NCBI GenBank assembly: GCA_038250865.1
Contig: JBBSBW010000008.1
Location: 6,753 to 70,752, forward strand
DNA: 64,000 nt
DNA from: Thermoanaerobaculia bacterium
Lineage (GTDB): Bacteria > Acidobacteriota > Thermoanaerobaculia > Multivoradales > UBA5704
Direction of reading: 5' to 3'
Shown: positions 29,379-39,219 of the stretch, piece after piece
Numbering within the stretch: the stretch's first letter is position 1
Layout: each line of letters begins with the position of its first letter
Position numbers and translations under genes: made by a program
Notes under the pieces: model-generated
Told to the model about the DNA's origin: nothing
The model's database searches: none
What the model saw: only the letters and a program-made list of their open reading frames with translations

Positions 29379-30941
29379 CTACTCCGGCACCAACCCCTTA
29401 GCCCGAGCCTTCCGCTCGTAGTTGGTCTCGCGATCCAACACGTCCAGGGTCTGGAAGTACAGCGCGTCGGCTTCGGCGTGGCTGTTGGCTATTGCCGTCA
29501 CTCCCAGCTTGCCGAATTCGGAGACGGCTCCGATCAGGTGGAACAGGACTCCGGAGTCTTTGGCGTGGCTGTAGTGGAGGCGGTTCTCGGTGAGGATCTC
29601 GATCAGGTCCTCGGGGATCAGGCCGCGGTAGGCCTCGGACTGGAGGTTGTCGGTCGCGCGGTAGAACTTTTGGGCTCCGGTGGGGGAGATGAACAGGCCG
29701 CTTTCGGGGTCGAGGGTGCCGCCGGTGAGGAACTGGAGGGCGAGGAACGGGTGGGTCGTGCCGCCCATTCGTAGGTTGATTTCGAGCGCCGAGCAGTCCC
29801 AGTTGTCGGTCTGCGCGTCGCGCCAGACCAGGAAGTCGACCGCGAAGCGGCTGACCACGCCGTTTCTCGCCAGAACCTCGCCGATTTTGATCGCCTGCTC
29901 CTGGATGTAGCGCCGGTAGTCGTCGTGCGCCGGGAACTTGCAGCCGAGGAACACCTGGTTGCTCGGGCCGCCGAGGATCTGGTCGTGGGTGGAGATCGGC
30001 AGCACCTCGCCGTGCGGGCTGATCCGCAGCTGGGCGGAGGGGGACATCTTGTCCTTCCCCTCGATCCACTCCTCGACGATCCCCTGCATCCGGCGGTACT
30101 TGTCGAAATAGCTATCGACATTTTCGGAAGGGACCGAGAATTCGAGGTTCGCCAGCTCGCGCCGGACCGAGGAAAGGCCGCGATCCTCCGGGTAGCGAAA
30201 GACCGCGTTGCCTTCGCCCGAGAAGCTGTCGTTCAGCTTGACCACCGCGCGGCGAATTCCTGGCCGCTCGCGGTCGAGATCGACCAGCGCCTCGGCGACA
30301 TCCACCTCGTCGCGCAGGTCTTCTTTGCCGAAGGGCAGCGCCACGCCCGCTTCACGAAACACCTTGCGGCTGCCCGATTTCGTTCCCAAGTGGGCAAGAT
30401 CGGGGTCGGCGCCGTTCATCGGGATGCCGAGCAGCACCGCCAGGCGGCGCTCGAAGGGCGTCGAGTTGAAAACCGTGAGATAGGCGCGCGAGGAGTCTTG
30501 AATGCCCTCGCGAATCCGCTCGATCAACCGAGGACGTTCGAGAATCTTCTCGGTGAGCGAGCGGGGCGAGGCGTCATAGGCGCAGAGCAGCGTCAGGCGC
30601 GAGCGGGCGTGGCTCGCCGGGATGCCCGCGAGCAGGTGGAAGTAATAGTCCAGGATCATCGGGTGGATCGGTTCCGACGTCACATAGACCACTCGGGCCC
30701 GGGGGTTGCGCAGGCGGATCAGGAGGAACAGCAGCCGCTCTTCGTAGAAGTTCGCGCCGGCCAGTTTTTTCAGCTCGCTCTGGTCGAGCGTGAGCGACGG
30801 CACGACGACCGAGGTGTGGGGCTCCTCGTCGCGCATGGTCAGAGCTTCCCAGACCTCCAAGAGGCGAGGCTGGAGATCCCGGAACATCTCGCGTTCGAGA
30901 TCGAGGTTCAGATCGGACAGAAATGGCGGCTTTGGAATCAC
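29379..30941 (-). CDS. ATP-grasp family protein, PGM1-like peptide-ligase-related (pre-ATP-grasp plus ATP-grasp)
   Basis: 520 aa. The overall pattern VVVPS...VVYVTSEPIHP...SRKVFREAGVALP...AVVKLNDSFSGEGN...RFAVDFLVWRDAQTDNWDCSALEINLRMGGTTHPF is recalled as PGM1-type ATP-grasp ligase. The assignment is from memory, not from a search. Confidence 0.5.
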   Translation of the reverse strand: MIPKPPFLSDLNLDLEREMFRDLQPRLLEVWEALTMRDEEPHTSVVVPSLTLDQSELKKLAGANFYEERLLFLLIRLRNPRARVVYVTSEPIHPMILDYYFHLLAGIPASHARSRLTLLCAYDASPRSLTEKILERPRLIERIREGIQDSSRAYLTVFNSTPFERRLAVLLGIPMNGADPDLAHLGTKSGSRKVFREAGVALPFGKEDLRDEVDVAEALVDLDRERPGIRRAVVKLNDSFSGEGNAVFRYPEDRGLSSVRRELANLEFSVPSENVDSYFDKYRRMQGIVEEWIEGKDKMSPSAQLRISPHGEVLPISTHDQILGGPSNQVFLGCKFPAHDDYRRYIQEQAIKIGEVLARNGVVSRFAVDFLVWRDAQTDNWDCSALEINLRMGGTTHPFLALQFLTGGTLDPESGLFISPTGAQKFYRATDNLQSEAYRGLIPEDLIEILTENRLHYSHAKDSGVLFHLIGAVSEFGKLGVTAIANSHAEADALYFQTLDVLDRETNYERKARAKGLVPE

Positions 30942-30993
30942 CGGGGTCCTCCCTGCTCCACCGCTCCGCTCCCTGGAGGCCGTGTCGCTCGCG

Positions 30994-32244
30994 TCATACC
31001 AGCTGTCCTACGGCGGCACCCGGGCCGACGATGGGGAATTCCAGATCGCAGGCGGGAAAAGAGATCGGGTTCAGCGCCCGGTCCTCGTGTACGTCGATCG
31101 CCTGGCCCAGGCTTTCGGCTCGCAGCCGGATCTGGCGATAGAGGTGATAGCGCAATGGTGCAAGCAGCGTGAAGTTCGAGGTGAGCTGGAGCAGGTGATC
31201 GCTGTCTTCGCCGGAGTAGACCCGGGTGAGGATTTCGCGCCGCTCCGTCGCCCACTGGCGGGAGACCTCGCCGCGTTCGACCCGCCGTTCGAGGATCAGC
31301 ATCTGGCGGGCGCGATTGATGATCTCGGGATGATGGTTGACCCCGAAGATCCGCGGCATCACCCCGGCGTCGTCGCGGTCGAATTCGTACATCGTGAGCG
31401 CATCGCCCTGCGGCCCGCCGACGCTTTCCGTCTCGTAGCCGATCGCCGTGCCCGACGCGGGGAAGTTTTCGGGGTCCGGGATCAGGTCGAACAGCCGGTT
31501 ATCCAGAATTCGCAGGCGCGGGCCGCCGAGCTGGTTGTAGAAGCGGCGAAACCAGGGGTGCTCGATCGCTTCGGGGGTCAGCATGTTTTCGAGCACCCCC
31601 GTGCTCTTGCCGCCCTTTTCGACCGACCGAAGCACCGGCCGGGCGATGCCCGACCAGTCGCACAGGACGCCGAACGTGTGGCAGACGGCGAGCATCGCGG
31701 CCGACCGGTCGGCGAGGATGCTGTCGAACAGATCGAAAGCCGGCGCGCGCCAGGAGGGATCTTCGCGCAGACCCTGGCTATGCTCGACCAGGCCGTCGTT
31801 CTGGCGCGGATCGATATGACCCGGGCCTCCCGTTCCAAGGTAGAGCGAAAACCGTCCGCCGGGCGGATCCGGCAGCCTGGCGCTGCCGCGCACGTCGAAC
31901 GAGATCGCCCGAACCTGAAGGCCGAGGCGCAGCAGCTCGGGCGACAGGTCGCAGCAGGCGTCGACCAGAGACGCGACCAGCGAATCGTGGCCGAGGTTCG
32001 GCCAGCCGTGGTTCATGTCGAGCACGGCGACGTCGATCGTCTTGGGTTCCGCTGCGGGAACGGGCGCGTTTCCTTCGACCCGGGCGTAGCGATAGCCCGA
32101 CTCCGAGCCGCGCGCGGGGCAGTCGGTGATGCAGAATTCTTTGCCGTAGCGTCGTTTGAGCTGGCAGTTGACAGGCATTCCGGCGTCCGGGTCTCTCGTA
32201 GAGTAGTTGCCGGACTCTATCGTCCGGCCCGGCGTGTCGTCCAC
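30994..32244 (-). CDS. Class-I glutamine amidotransferase-like protein (Cys-His triad motifs), start uncertain
   Basis: IDVAVLDMNHGWPNLGHD (beta1), MLAVCHTFGVL (nucleophile Cys elbow) and RIFGVNHHPEI (GATase1 His motif). It is upstream of and co-directional with the ATP-grasp gene with a 52-bp gap. Alternative start MPVNCQ at 32178. Confidence 0.4.
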   Translation of the reverse strand: MDDTPGRTIESGNYSTRDPDAGMPVNCQLKRRYGKEFCITDCPARGSESGYRYARVEGNAPVPAAEPKTIDVAVLDMNHGWPNLGHDSLVASLVDACCDLSPELLRLGLQVRAISFDVRGSARLPDPPGGRFSLYLGTGGPGHIDPRQNDGLVEHSQGLREDPSWRAPAFDLFDSILADRSAAMLAVCHTFGVLCDWSGIARPVLRSVEKGGKSTGVLENMLTPEAIEHPWFRRFYNQLGGPRLRILDNRLFDLIPDPENFPASGTAIGYETESVGGPQGDALTMYEFDRDDAGVMPRIFGVNHHPEIINRARQMLILERRVERGEVSRQWATERREILTRVYSGEDSDHLLQLTSNFTLLAPLRYHLYRQIRLRAESLGQAIDVHEDRALNPISFPACDLEFPIVGPGAAVGQLV

Positions 32245-32316
32245 CCTAGATCAACCGCCGGTCGCTCCATGGTATTCTCCCACCACTTTTAGCTCGGAAT
32301 CCCCCTGGAGGTACAC

Positions 32317-35229
32317 ATGCGCAAGCTTTCCCTCTCTCTCGTCGCTGGTCTCTGCGCGGTCTTTCTTTTCGCGTCGGGTCCGGCACATGCCGCGGCTTCC
32401 TGGCCGACTCTCGACCTGCAGTTTACGAACTCGCCGGTACCGATCCAAGCCGGCAGCGCGCTTGCGCGATTGATCCAAGAGAACCAGGACTTCTCGATGC
32501 TCCGCGCTGACGAAGCGAAGGACCTGCGCGGCCTGCCGCCGTGGCTTCGCGTCTGGTGGCGGAAGGAACATCCGGAGGTTGCCTACACGAAGGAAGATCC
32601 GACCGGCGGCTATCCACTGGTGCTGAAGGAAATCTGGGAGTGGATGCTGCATCATCAGGATCTCCTGCCCGGCACGGCCGAGGCGGATCGGGCTCCCGGC
32701 GCATCGGAAGAGGAGCTGGAAAGCGACGCCGCGATGGTGAGCGGCGAGATTCGGACCTCCGGCTCGCAGACCACGCCGCGCAGCGAATCCGACATCCGGG
32801 TCAACTACTTCGATCCGACCAAGATCATCAGCGCCAGCAACAGCATCGTAGGCGGCGGACACCAAGCGGTGTTCTTCTCGACCGACAGCGGTATGACCTG
32901 GGGTCAGACGACGCTGCCGTTCACCGCGACCGACGCCTCGCACTCCGATCCGACCGTCGAGTGGACCTCCGACGGCCGGGCCTGGTCGACCACGCTCGGC
33001 ATCGTCGGCAGCGTGCTCAAATTCCGCACTTACGTCTCGACCGACAACGGCGCCAGTTGGACCTTCGAGGCGACCCCCTCGGCGGCGCAGACCAACGTCG
33101 ACAAGCAGATGGTGTGGGCGGATCACAGCGCGACCTCGCCGTTTAAAGACAACCAGTATGCGATCTGGCACAACGGCACCCCGGCCTTCATGAGCACCCG
33201 GAACGCGGTCACCAACACTTGGGGCGCGCCGATCCAGGTAAGCGGCGCGGAATCGACCGGCACGGCGATCGGCGGCGATGCCAAGACCAACTCGTTCGGT
33301 GACGCGTTTGGCTTCTGGCCGACCACCACGAACGCCCGGGTGTTCGTGGTCAAGTCGACCACCGGCGGGACCTCGTGGGGCACGCCGGTCCAGGTGGCGA
33401 CCACGTTCGACACCTTCGACATCGGCTGCCCGTCGTTCAACAACCGGCGCGCGCTGATCTACATCTCCGGCGGCGCCTATCGGACGGCGACCAAGAACCT
33501 GGTCTACGCCACCTGGAACGACCTGTCGGGTGAAGCCGGCTGCACCGCGCCGGCCAACGAGCCGGGCGCCAACGCCGCTTCGACCTGCAAGATCCGCATC
33601 TGGTTCGCCCGCTCGACCGACGGCGGGGCGACCTGGGAAGCGAAGAAGATGATCAACAACCAGGCGAGCTTGAACGACCAGTTCAACCAATGGCTGGTGG
33701 TCGACGAGACGACCGGCGCGCTCGGCCTGATGTACTACGACACGGTGGGCGACGCCACGCGCAAGAAGGTCGACGTCTGGTACCAGTCGTCGTTCACCGA
33801 TGGCGTTTCTTGGAACCCCGCGGTCAAGGTCACATCGGCGCAGACCGACGAGACGACCGGCGGCCAGGACAGCGGCAACCAGTTCGGCGACTACAACTCC
33901 CTGTCCGGCATCGGCGGCACTTTCTGGCCTTCCTGGACCGATCGCCGCGCGGGAGCCCGCGAGGAAATCTGGACCGCCAAGGTCGCGGACGGCGCCTGCG
34001 CCTTCCCCGGGTCGCCGACCATCGGCACCGCCACCCCGACGGCTCCGAACCAGATCACGGTGACGTTCGGCAACGGCGCTCCGCCCTCCTCGGTGTTCAA
34101 CGTCTACCGCGCGGTCGGCACCTGCGCCTCGCCGGGAACGTTCTCGCGCATCGCCTCCGGCATCGCGGGGAGCCCCTACCTCGACAGCACCGTTTCCGGT
34201 TCCGTCACCTACGCCTACAAAGTGGCGGGAGCGGATGCCACGAACACCTGCGAGTCGGCGCAATCCGGCTGTGTTCAGGCGACCGCGACCGGCGTTTGCA
34301 CCCTGCCGCCGACCTTCGCGGGGGTTGCCTCGGTGACCAATGGCGCCACCTCTCTCTGTTCGATCGGCGTCGCCTGGGCGGCGGCCACCGCGCAATGCGC
34401 GGGTCCGGTCACCTACAACGTCTATCGCTCGACCACACCGGGTTTCGCCCCGATGGTCGCCAACCGGATCGCGGCCGGCGTCTCCGGCACGTCGTTCAAC
34501 GACAACACCCCAGGCATGTTGATGAACGGCACCACCTACTACTACAAGGTGCGGTCGGTCGACGCGGGCAACAGCGCCGAGGACACCAACACGGTGGAGA
34601 AGAGCGCGCAGCCGACCGGCCCGATCGCGGTGGCGAACTTCACCGAGACGTTCGAAGGGGCGGGCGGTTTCGACAACGCGGGTTGGTCGCATGCGGCGCT
34701 TTCCGGAGCGAACGACTGGACCCTGGTCACCTCGCAGAGCCAGACCCCCACCCATTCCTGGAACTCGGTGAGCCAGCCGTCGGTCTCCGACCGCGTGCTG
34801 GTATCGCCGGGCTTCGTCGGCCAGGCGGGAAGTACACTGTCGTTCTTCCACACCTTCGCGTTCGAAAGCGCCACGTCCTGCTTCGACGCCGGCACCCTGG
34901 AGTTTTCGACCGACGGCGGAATGACCTGGACGGTCCTGCCGGATGCGAACTTCACGGCCGGCGGTTTCACCGGCACCGTCTCGGCGAGCTTCTCCAACCC
35001 GATCGGCGGCAAGCGTGCCTGGTGCAACGGCACGATCGGCGCGATGACCCAGGTGACGGCGAACCTCGCTTCGCTCTCCGGCATGAGCTTCAAGCTCCGC
35101 TGGCATGAGGGAGACGATTCGAGCGCGATCGCCACCGGCTGGTTCGTCGACTCGGTCAATCTCAACAACGTCGGCACGGCGAGCGTCTGCGCGATGCCGG
35201 TGTCGCTGACTGGATTTTCGATCGAGTAA
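32317..35229 (+). CDS. Large secreted BNR/Asp-box (sialidase-like) protein with two FN3-like domains and a C-terminal MAM-like domain
   Basis: Signal peptide MRKLSLSLVAGLCAVFLFASGPAHA. BNR repeats FFSTDSGMTWGQ, YVSTDNGASWT, VVKSTTGGTSWGT, FARSTDGGATWEA, SFTDGVSWNP. C-terminal ~394 aa are near-identical to the C-terminus of the next gene. Confidence 0.7.
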   Translation: MRKLSLSLVAGLCAVFLFASGPAHAAASWPTLDLQFTNSPVPIQAGSALARLIQENQDFSMLRADEAKDLRGLPPWLRVWWRKEHPEVAYTKEDPTGGYPLVLKEIWEWMLHHQDLLPGTAEADRAPGASEEELESDAAMVSGEIRTSGSQTTPRSESDIRVNYFDPTKIISASNSIVGGGHQAVFFSTDSGMTWGQTTLPFTATDASHSDPTVEWTSDGRAWSTTLGIVGSVLKFRTYVSTDNGASWTFEATPSAAQTNVDKQMVWADHSATSPFKDNQYAIWHNGTPAFMSTRNAVTNTWGAPIQVSGAESTGTAIGGDAKTNSFGDAFGFWPTTTNARVFVVKSTTGGTSWGTPVQVATTFDTFDIGCPSFNNRRALIYISGGAYRTATKNLVYATWNDLSGEAGCTAPANEPGANAASTCKIRIWFARSTDGGATWEAKKMINNQASLNDQFNQWLVVDETTGALGLMYYDTVGDATRKKVDVWYQSSFTDGVSWNPAVKVTSAQTDETTGGQDSGNQFGDYNSLSGIGGTFWPSWTDRRAGAREEIWTAKVADGACAFPGSPTIGTATPTAPNQITVTFGNGAPPSSVFNVYRAVGTCASPGTFSRIASGIAGSPYLDSTVSGSVTYAYKVAGADATNTCESAQSGCVQATATGVCTLPPTFAGVASVTNGATSLCSIGVAWAAATAQCAGPVTYNVYRSTTPGFAPMVANRIAAGVSGTSFNDNTPGMLMNGTTYYYKVRSVDAGNSAEDTNTVEKSAQPTGPIAVANFTETFEGAGGFDNAGWSHAALSGANDWTLVTSQSQTPTHSWNSVSQPSVSDRVLVSPGFVGQAGSTLSFFHTFAFESATSCFDAGTLEFSTDGGMTWTVLPDANFTAGGFTGTVSASFSNPIGGKRAWCNGTIGAMTQVTANLASLSGMSFKLRWHEGDDSSAIATGWFVDSVNLNNVGTASVCAMPVSLTGFSIE

Positions 35230-35295
35230 GCGAACGCTTCGTTGGCTTCGGTTCCGCGCCCCCCGGCGAGATGCATCGCCGGGGGGCGTTTTTCG
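34045..35295 (+). repeat. Copy 1 of a ~1.2 kb duplicated module (FN3-FN3-MAM-like coding region plus terminator)
   Basis: Aligns with 37798..39062 at roughly 75-80% amino-acid identity, with long identical nucleotide runs (e.g. ACGTCGTTCAACGACAACAC...ATGAACGGCACCACCTACTACTACAAGGTGCGG). Confidence 0.8.
35256..35295 (+). terminator. Rho-independent terminator (GCGCCCCCCGGCGA ... TCGCCGGGGGGCG + TTTTTCG)
   Basis: GC-rich hairpin followed by a T-run directly after the stop at 35229. Confidence 0.55.
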
Positions 35296-35384
35296 TCGGG
35301 AACTGTTCCGAGAGGTTTGACGGCTCGCGCCCGAGCTGATAAAAGCGCGAGGTCAAACTCGCTCCGTAGCCAATAGGGGAAGCC

Positions 35385-38300
35385 ATGAACCGAATCACCC
35401 GGTTGTCCGCCGGGCTGGTGGTCTCCGTCGCAGCGTTGCTCGCGACCACCGCCTCAGCCCAGATGATGCAGCGCAATGATCCCGGTCCGCTCGGGCGTCT
35501 CGCGACGCTCAAAGAAGCCTTGAGTCCGCCCGCTTCTACCGCGCTGCTCGATCAGACTTCGGTCGGCCTCGCCGCGAACGTCACCAGCACCTGGGGCAGC
35601 TTCCTGGGTGAGGTCGGCGGTACCTGGGTCGGCTACGTCGACAAACGGAGCGGCTACCTGGAGTTCGCGGAAGGTTCCGGCTGGCCCTGGGTTCCGGGCA
35701 ACGGCAACAACCTCGCCAAGGCGGACATCGCGCAGTACCTGGCCGGTGCCGATCAGGTCGACATCGCAACGCTCGACCGGATCGCGCGCGCCAACCTGCC
35801 AACGGTCGCTCCGCTGCTCGGGGTGGCTGACGCCGACCTGAAGCTTTCCGCCGGCCGGTCGGGACGGATGTCGGACTACCTCTGGTACGTCGATTACGAC
35901 GTCTACCGCGGCGGATGGAAGATCGAAGGCGCCCGAGTGATGTTCCGGATCAACCATGGCAACGTGGTGCAGTTCGGTTCCGAGGGCGTGCCGCCGCCGG
36001 GAATCTCCGCCCCCTTCCCGCGCCTTTCGCGCGAAGAGGCGGTCCAGGCGGTTGCGAGCTACATCGGCGGATTCACCACGAGGGACGGTCTGGTCGATAC
36101 CGGCTCGCTCAAGATGATGACTCGCGCCAAGATCGATTCCACCGCCACGGACCACTTCCGGCTCGGCGATGGCTACGGCCTGCTGCCGGTCTGGGAACTC
36201 TCGTTCCGGCGCAAAGAGGTGGTCGGCACCTGGCGCGCCCGGGTCGATGCGATCACCGGCCAGATCATCGAGTTCGGCGACGTCAACGAGTATGCCCAAG
36301 CCAAGGGCGGCGTCGTGCTCGTCCAGCCTTCTCTCGGCGAGACCAGCAAGCCGGTTCCCTTCACCAACATCTCGACCGGCGGCTTCACCAACTCGGCCGG
36401 CGTCTATACGCCCGCCGGGGCGGCGACCTCGAGCTTGAACGGCCAGTACGTCCGTCCGGTCGACAGCTGCGGCGCGATCTCGCTCGCCGCGGACGGCATG
36501 AACAACTTCGATTTTGGTTCCTCGGCGGCGAGCGACTGCTCGACCCCGGGCTTCGGCGGCGCGGGCAACACCCGTTCGTCGCGCACCCAGTTCTATTGGG
36601 TCAACCGGGTGAAGGAAGTCGGCCGCGGCTGGCTCCCGGCGGTCGCCTGGCTCTCGGCCCAGCTGACCACGAACGTCAACCTGAACCAGACCTGCAACGC
36701 CTACTGGAACGGCTCGACGCTCAACTTCTTCAAGTCGGGCGGCGGTTGCGGCAACACCGGCGAGCTGCCGAGCGTTTCGTTGCATGAATACGGCCACGGC
36801 CTGGACAGCAACGACGGCACGGGCGCCCCGCCGGAGAACGGCAGCGGCGAAACGGTCGGCGACTGGACCGCCTCGCTCGCCACCCACCTCTCCTGCATCG
36901 GCTCGGGCTTCCTGGCTTCCAACTGCGGCGGTTACGGCAACGCCTGCACCTCCTGCACGGGAGTCCGCGACATCGACTGGGCGAAGCACACCGCAAATGT
37001 GGCCTCGACCCCGGCGAACTTCACCCAGACCACCTGCCCGCAGCCCAACGCCAACAACCCGAACTACGTCGGCCCCTGCGGCGCCAACGCGATCGCCAAC
37101 GCCACTCTCACCAAGAAGCGTGAAGGGCACTGCGAGTCGTACATCTCGTCGCAGGCGCTCTGGGACCTCGCGAACCGCGACCTGCCGAGCCCCGGCACCG
37201 GCGGCGCCTGGTCGATCTCCGACCGGCTCTGGTACCTGACCCGGGCGACCACCACCAGCTTCTTTACCTGCAACACGGTGCCCACCACCTGGACCTCCGA
37301 CGGTTGCGCGGCCGGCACCCTGTTCCGCACCTTCCGGGTGGCCGACGACGACGACGGCAACCTGGCGAACGGCACGCCGCACGGCGGCTCGATCTTCGCG
37401 GCGTTCGACCGCCACAACATCGCTTGCGCCTCCGATCCGGGGTCGAACACGACGTTTGCGGCCTGCACGATTCCCACCTCGCCGACGCTTTCGCTCACCC
37501 CGTCGAACAACACGATGCAACTTTCGTGGACCTCGTCGGGCGCCGGGATCGTCTACGACGTCTATAAGAACGAGCTCGACTGCAACGCGGGCTTCATCAA
37601 GATTGCCAACGACGTCGCGACGACCAGCTTCAACGACCCGAACGCCGCGAACTTCTTCAACTACAACTACCAGATCATCGCCCACCCGACCGGCACCGAG
37701 GCCTGCGGCGCGCCGCCGTCCAACTGCGCCACGGCAGCTCCGCTGCCCTGTACCGCTCCCTCCTCGCCGACGGTCGGCACGGAGACCGCTTCGGCGCCCA
37801 ACCAGATCACGGTGACCTGGTCCAACGGTGCGCCGGCTTCGGACTTCTTCAACGTCTACCGGGCGGTCGGCACCTGTGCCTCGCCGGGACCGTTCACCCA
37901 GGTTGCGAACATGTTGGCGGGAAGCCCTTACATCGACAACACCGTTTCGGGTAGCACGACCTACGCATACAAGATCTCAGGAACCGAGACGACGGGCGTT
38001 TGTGAATCGCCCCAGACCACCTGCGTCCAGGCCACCGCTACGGGCGTCTGCACCTTGCCGCCGACGTTCGCGGGCATCGCTTCGGCATCCAACGGTGCCA
38101 CGTCGCTCTGCTCGGTCGGCGTCTCCTGGGCCGCCGGAACCGCGCAGTGCGCGGGACCGGTCAGCTACAACGTCTACCGGTCGACCACCATGGGCTTCAC
38201 CCCGATGGTCGGCAACCGGATCGCCTCAGGCGTCTCCGGCACGTCGTTCAACGACAACACGCCGGGCATGCTCATGAACGGCACCACCTACTACTACAAG

Positions 38301-38993
38301 GTGCGGGCGGTCGATGCAGGCAACAGCTCGGAAGACACCAACACGGTCGAGAAGAGCGCCGTGCCGAGCGGGCCGATCGCTGTGGGCACCTTCACCGAGA
38401 CGTTCGAAGGGCCGATGGGCTTCGACAACGTGGGCTGGACGCACGCTGCTCTGTCCGGCGCCCCGGATTGGACCCTCTCGACCGCGCAGTCCCAGACCCC
38501 GACCCACTCGTGGAACTCGACCAGCATCGCCACGGTCTCGGATCGCGTTTTGGTCTCGCCGGCATTCATCGCCGCAGCCACCACGACGCTGTCGTTCTGG
38601 CACACATTCGCTCTGGAGCAGAGCGCCACGCCGACCACCTGTTTCGACGGCGGCACGCTCGAAACCTCGGTCGACGGCGGGATGACCTGGGTCGTCATTC
38701 CAGATGCGGCGATCACTGCCGGTCCGTTCATCGGCACGGTCTCCGCCTCGTTCGGTAGCCCGATCGCCGGCAAGAAGGCCTGGTGCGGCAACACGACGAT
38801 CGGTCCCTTCAGCCAGGTGACGGTCAACCTCGCCGCGTTCGCGGGCCAGACGATGAAGCTGCGTTGGCGCGAAGGGGATGACAGCAGCGTTGCCCGGATC
38901 GGCTGGTTCGTTGACTCTGTGGTTCTGACCAACGCCGGAACGGCGAGTGTCTGCGCCATGCCGGTCGCGTTGACCGGGTTCTCGGTCGAGTAG
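35385..38993 (+). CDS. Large secreted zinc metalloprotease (HEYGH motif, M36/fungalysin-like or M4-like) with two FN3-like domains and a C-terminal MAM-like domain
   Basis: Signal peptide MNRITRLSAGLVVSVAALLATTASAQ. Propeptide-like N-terminal region. Zinc site SVSLHEYGHGLDSNDG. C-terminal ~398 aa are paralogous to the C-terminus of the preceding gene. Confidence 0.75.
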   Translation: MNRITRLSAGLVVSVAALLATTASAQMMQRNDPGPLGRLATLKEALSPPASTALLDQTSVGLAANVTSTWGSFLGEVGGTWVGYVDKRSGYLEFAEGSGWPWVPGNGNNLAKADIAQYLAGADQVDIATLDRIARANLPTVAPLLGVADADLKLSAGRSGRMSDYLWYVDYDVYRGGWKIEGARVMFRINHGNVVQFGSEGVPPPGISAPFPRLSREEAVQAVASYIGGFTTRDGLVDTGSLKMMTRAKIDSTATDHFRLGDGYGLLPVWELSFRRKEVVGTWRARVDAITGQIIEFGDVNEYAQAKGGVVLVQPSLGETSKPVPFTNISTGGFTNSAGVYTPAGAATSSLNGQYVRPVDSCGAISLAADGMNNFDFGSSAASDCSTPGFGGAGNTRSSRTQFYWVNRVKEVGRGWLPAVAWLSAQLTTNVNLNQTCNAYWNGSTLNFFKSGGGCGNTGELPSVSLHEYGHGLDSNDGTGAPPENGSGETVGDWTASLATHLSCIGSGFLASNCGGYGNACTSCTGVRDIDWAKHTANVASTPANFTQTTCPQPNANNPNYVGPCGANAIANATLTKKREGHCESYISSQALWDLANRDLPSPGTGGAWSISDRLWYLTRATTTSFFTCNTVPTTWTSDGCAAGTLFRTFRVADDDDGNLANGTPHGGSIFAAFDRHNIACASDPGSNTTFAACTIPTSPTLSLTPSNNTMQLSWTSSGAGIVYDVYKNELDCNAGFIKIANDVATTSFNDPNAANFFNYNYQIIAHPTGTEACGAPPSNCATAAPLPCTAPSSPTVGTETASAPNQITVTWSNGAPASDFFNVYRAVGTCASPGPFTQVANMLAGSPYIDNTVSGSTTYAYKISGTETTGVCESPQTTCVQATATGVCTLPPTFAGIASASNGATSLCSVGVSWAAGTAQCAGPVSYNVYRSTTMGFTPMVGNRIASGVSGTSFNDNTPGMLMNGTTYYYKVRAVDAGNSSEDTNTVEKSAVPSGPIAVGTFTETFEGPMGFDNVGWTHAALSGAPDWTLSTAQSQTPTHSWNSTSIATVSDRVLVSPAFIAAATTTLSFWHTFALEQSATPTTCFDGGTLETSVDGGMTWVVIPDAAITAGPFIGTVSASFGSPIAGKKAWCGNTTIGPFSQVTVNLAAFAGQTMKLRWREGDDSSVARIGWFVDSVVLTNAGTASVCAMPVALTGFSVE

Positions 38994-39062
38994 CCCGGCC
39001 GCCCACTTCCCTCCGTCCTCTCTCCGCCCCCGGCGATCCTTTTCGCCGGGGGCGTTTTTTGT
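37798..39062 (+). repeat. Copy 2 of the ~1.2 kb duplicated C-terminal module plus terminator
   Basis: See copy 1. It ends with VCAMPVALTGFSVE (copy 1 ends VCAMPVSLTGFSIE), and the downstream hairpin terminators are also similar. Confidence 0.8.
39026..39062 (+). terminator. Rho-independent terminator (CGCCCCCGGCGA-TCCTTTT-CGCCGGGGGCG + TTTTTTGTT)
   Basis: Perfect 11-12 bp GC stem followed by a T-run after the stop at 38993. Confidence 0.6.
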
Positions 39063-39219
39063 TGCCGAAACGTTGGCATTTCCGCTGCGTAGACTGTTCA
39101 TGGCCCGACCCTCGAAACCGGCGCTTCCTCCCTGCTTGATCGGCTTTCACCCCGTACGACGCCAAATGATCAGGATTTTGATAGTGGGGGGGCATTTTGT
39201 GACGTTATGCTTTCGCAGC

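Noticed and set aside
32251-35106. 951-aa minus-strand ORF and the 33690..35108 plus-strand ORF inside the sialidase-like gene; likewise 35454..37685 minus inside the protease gene
   Set aside because: Antisense or out-of-frame with R/G-rich composition. The sense frames contain BNR repeats and HEYGH.
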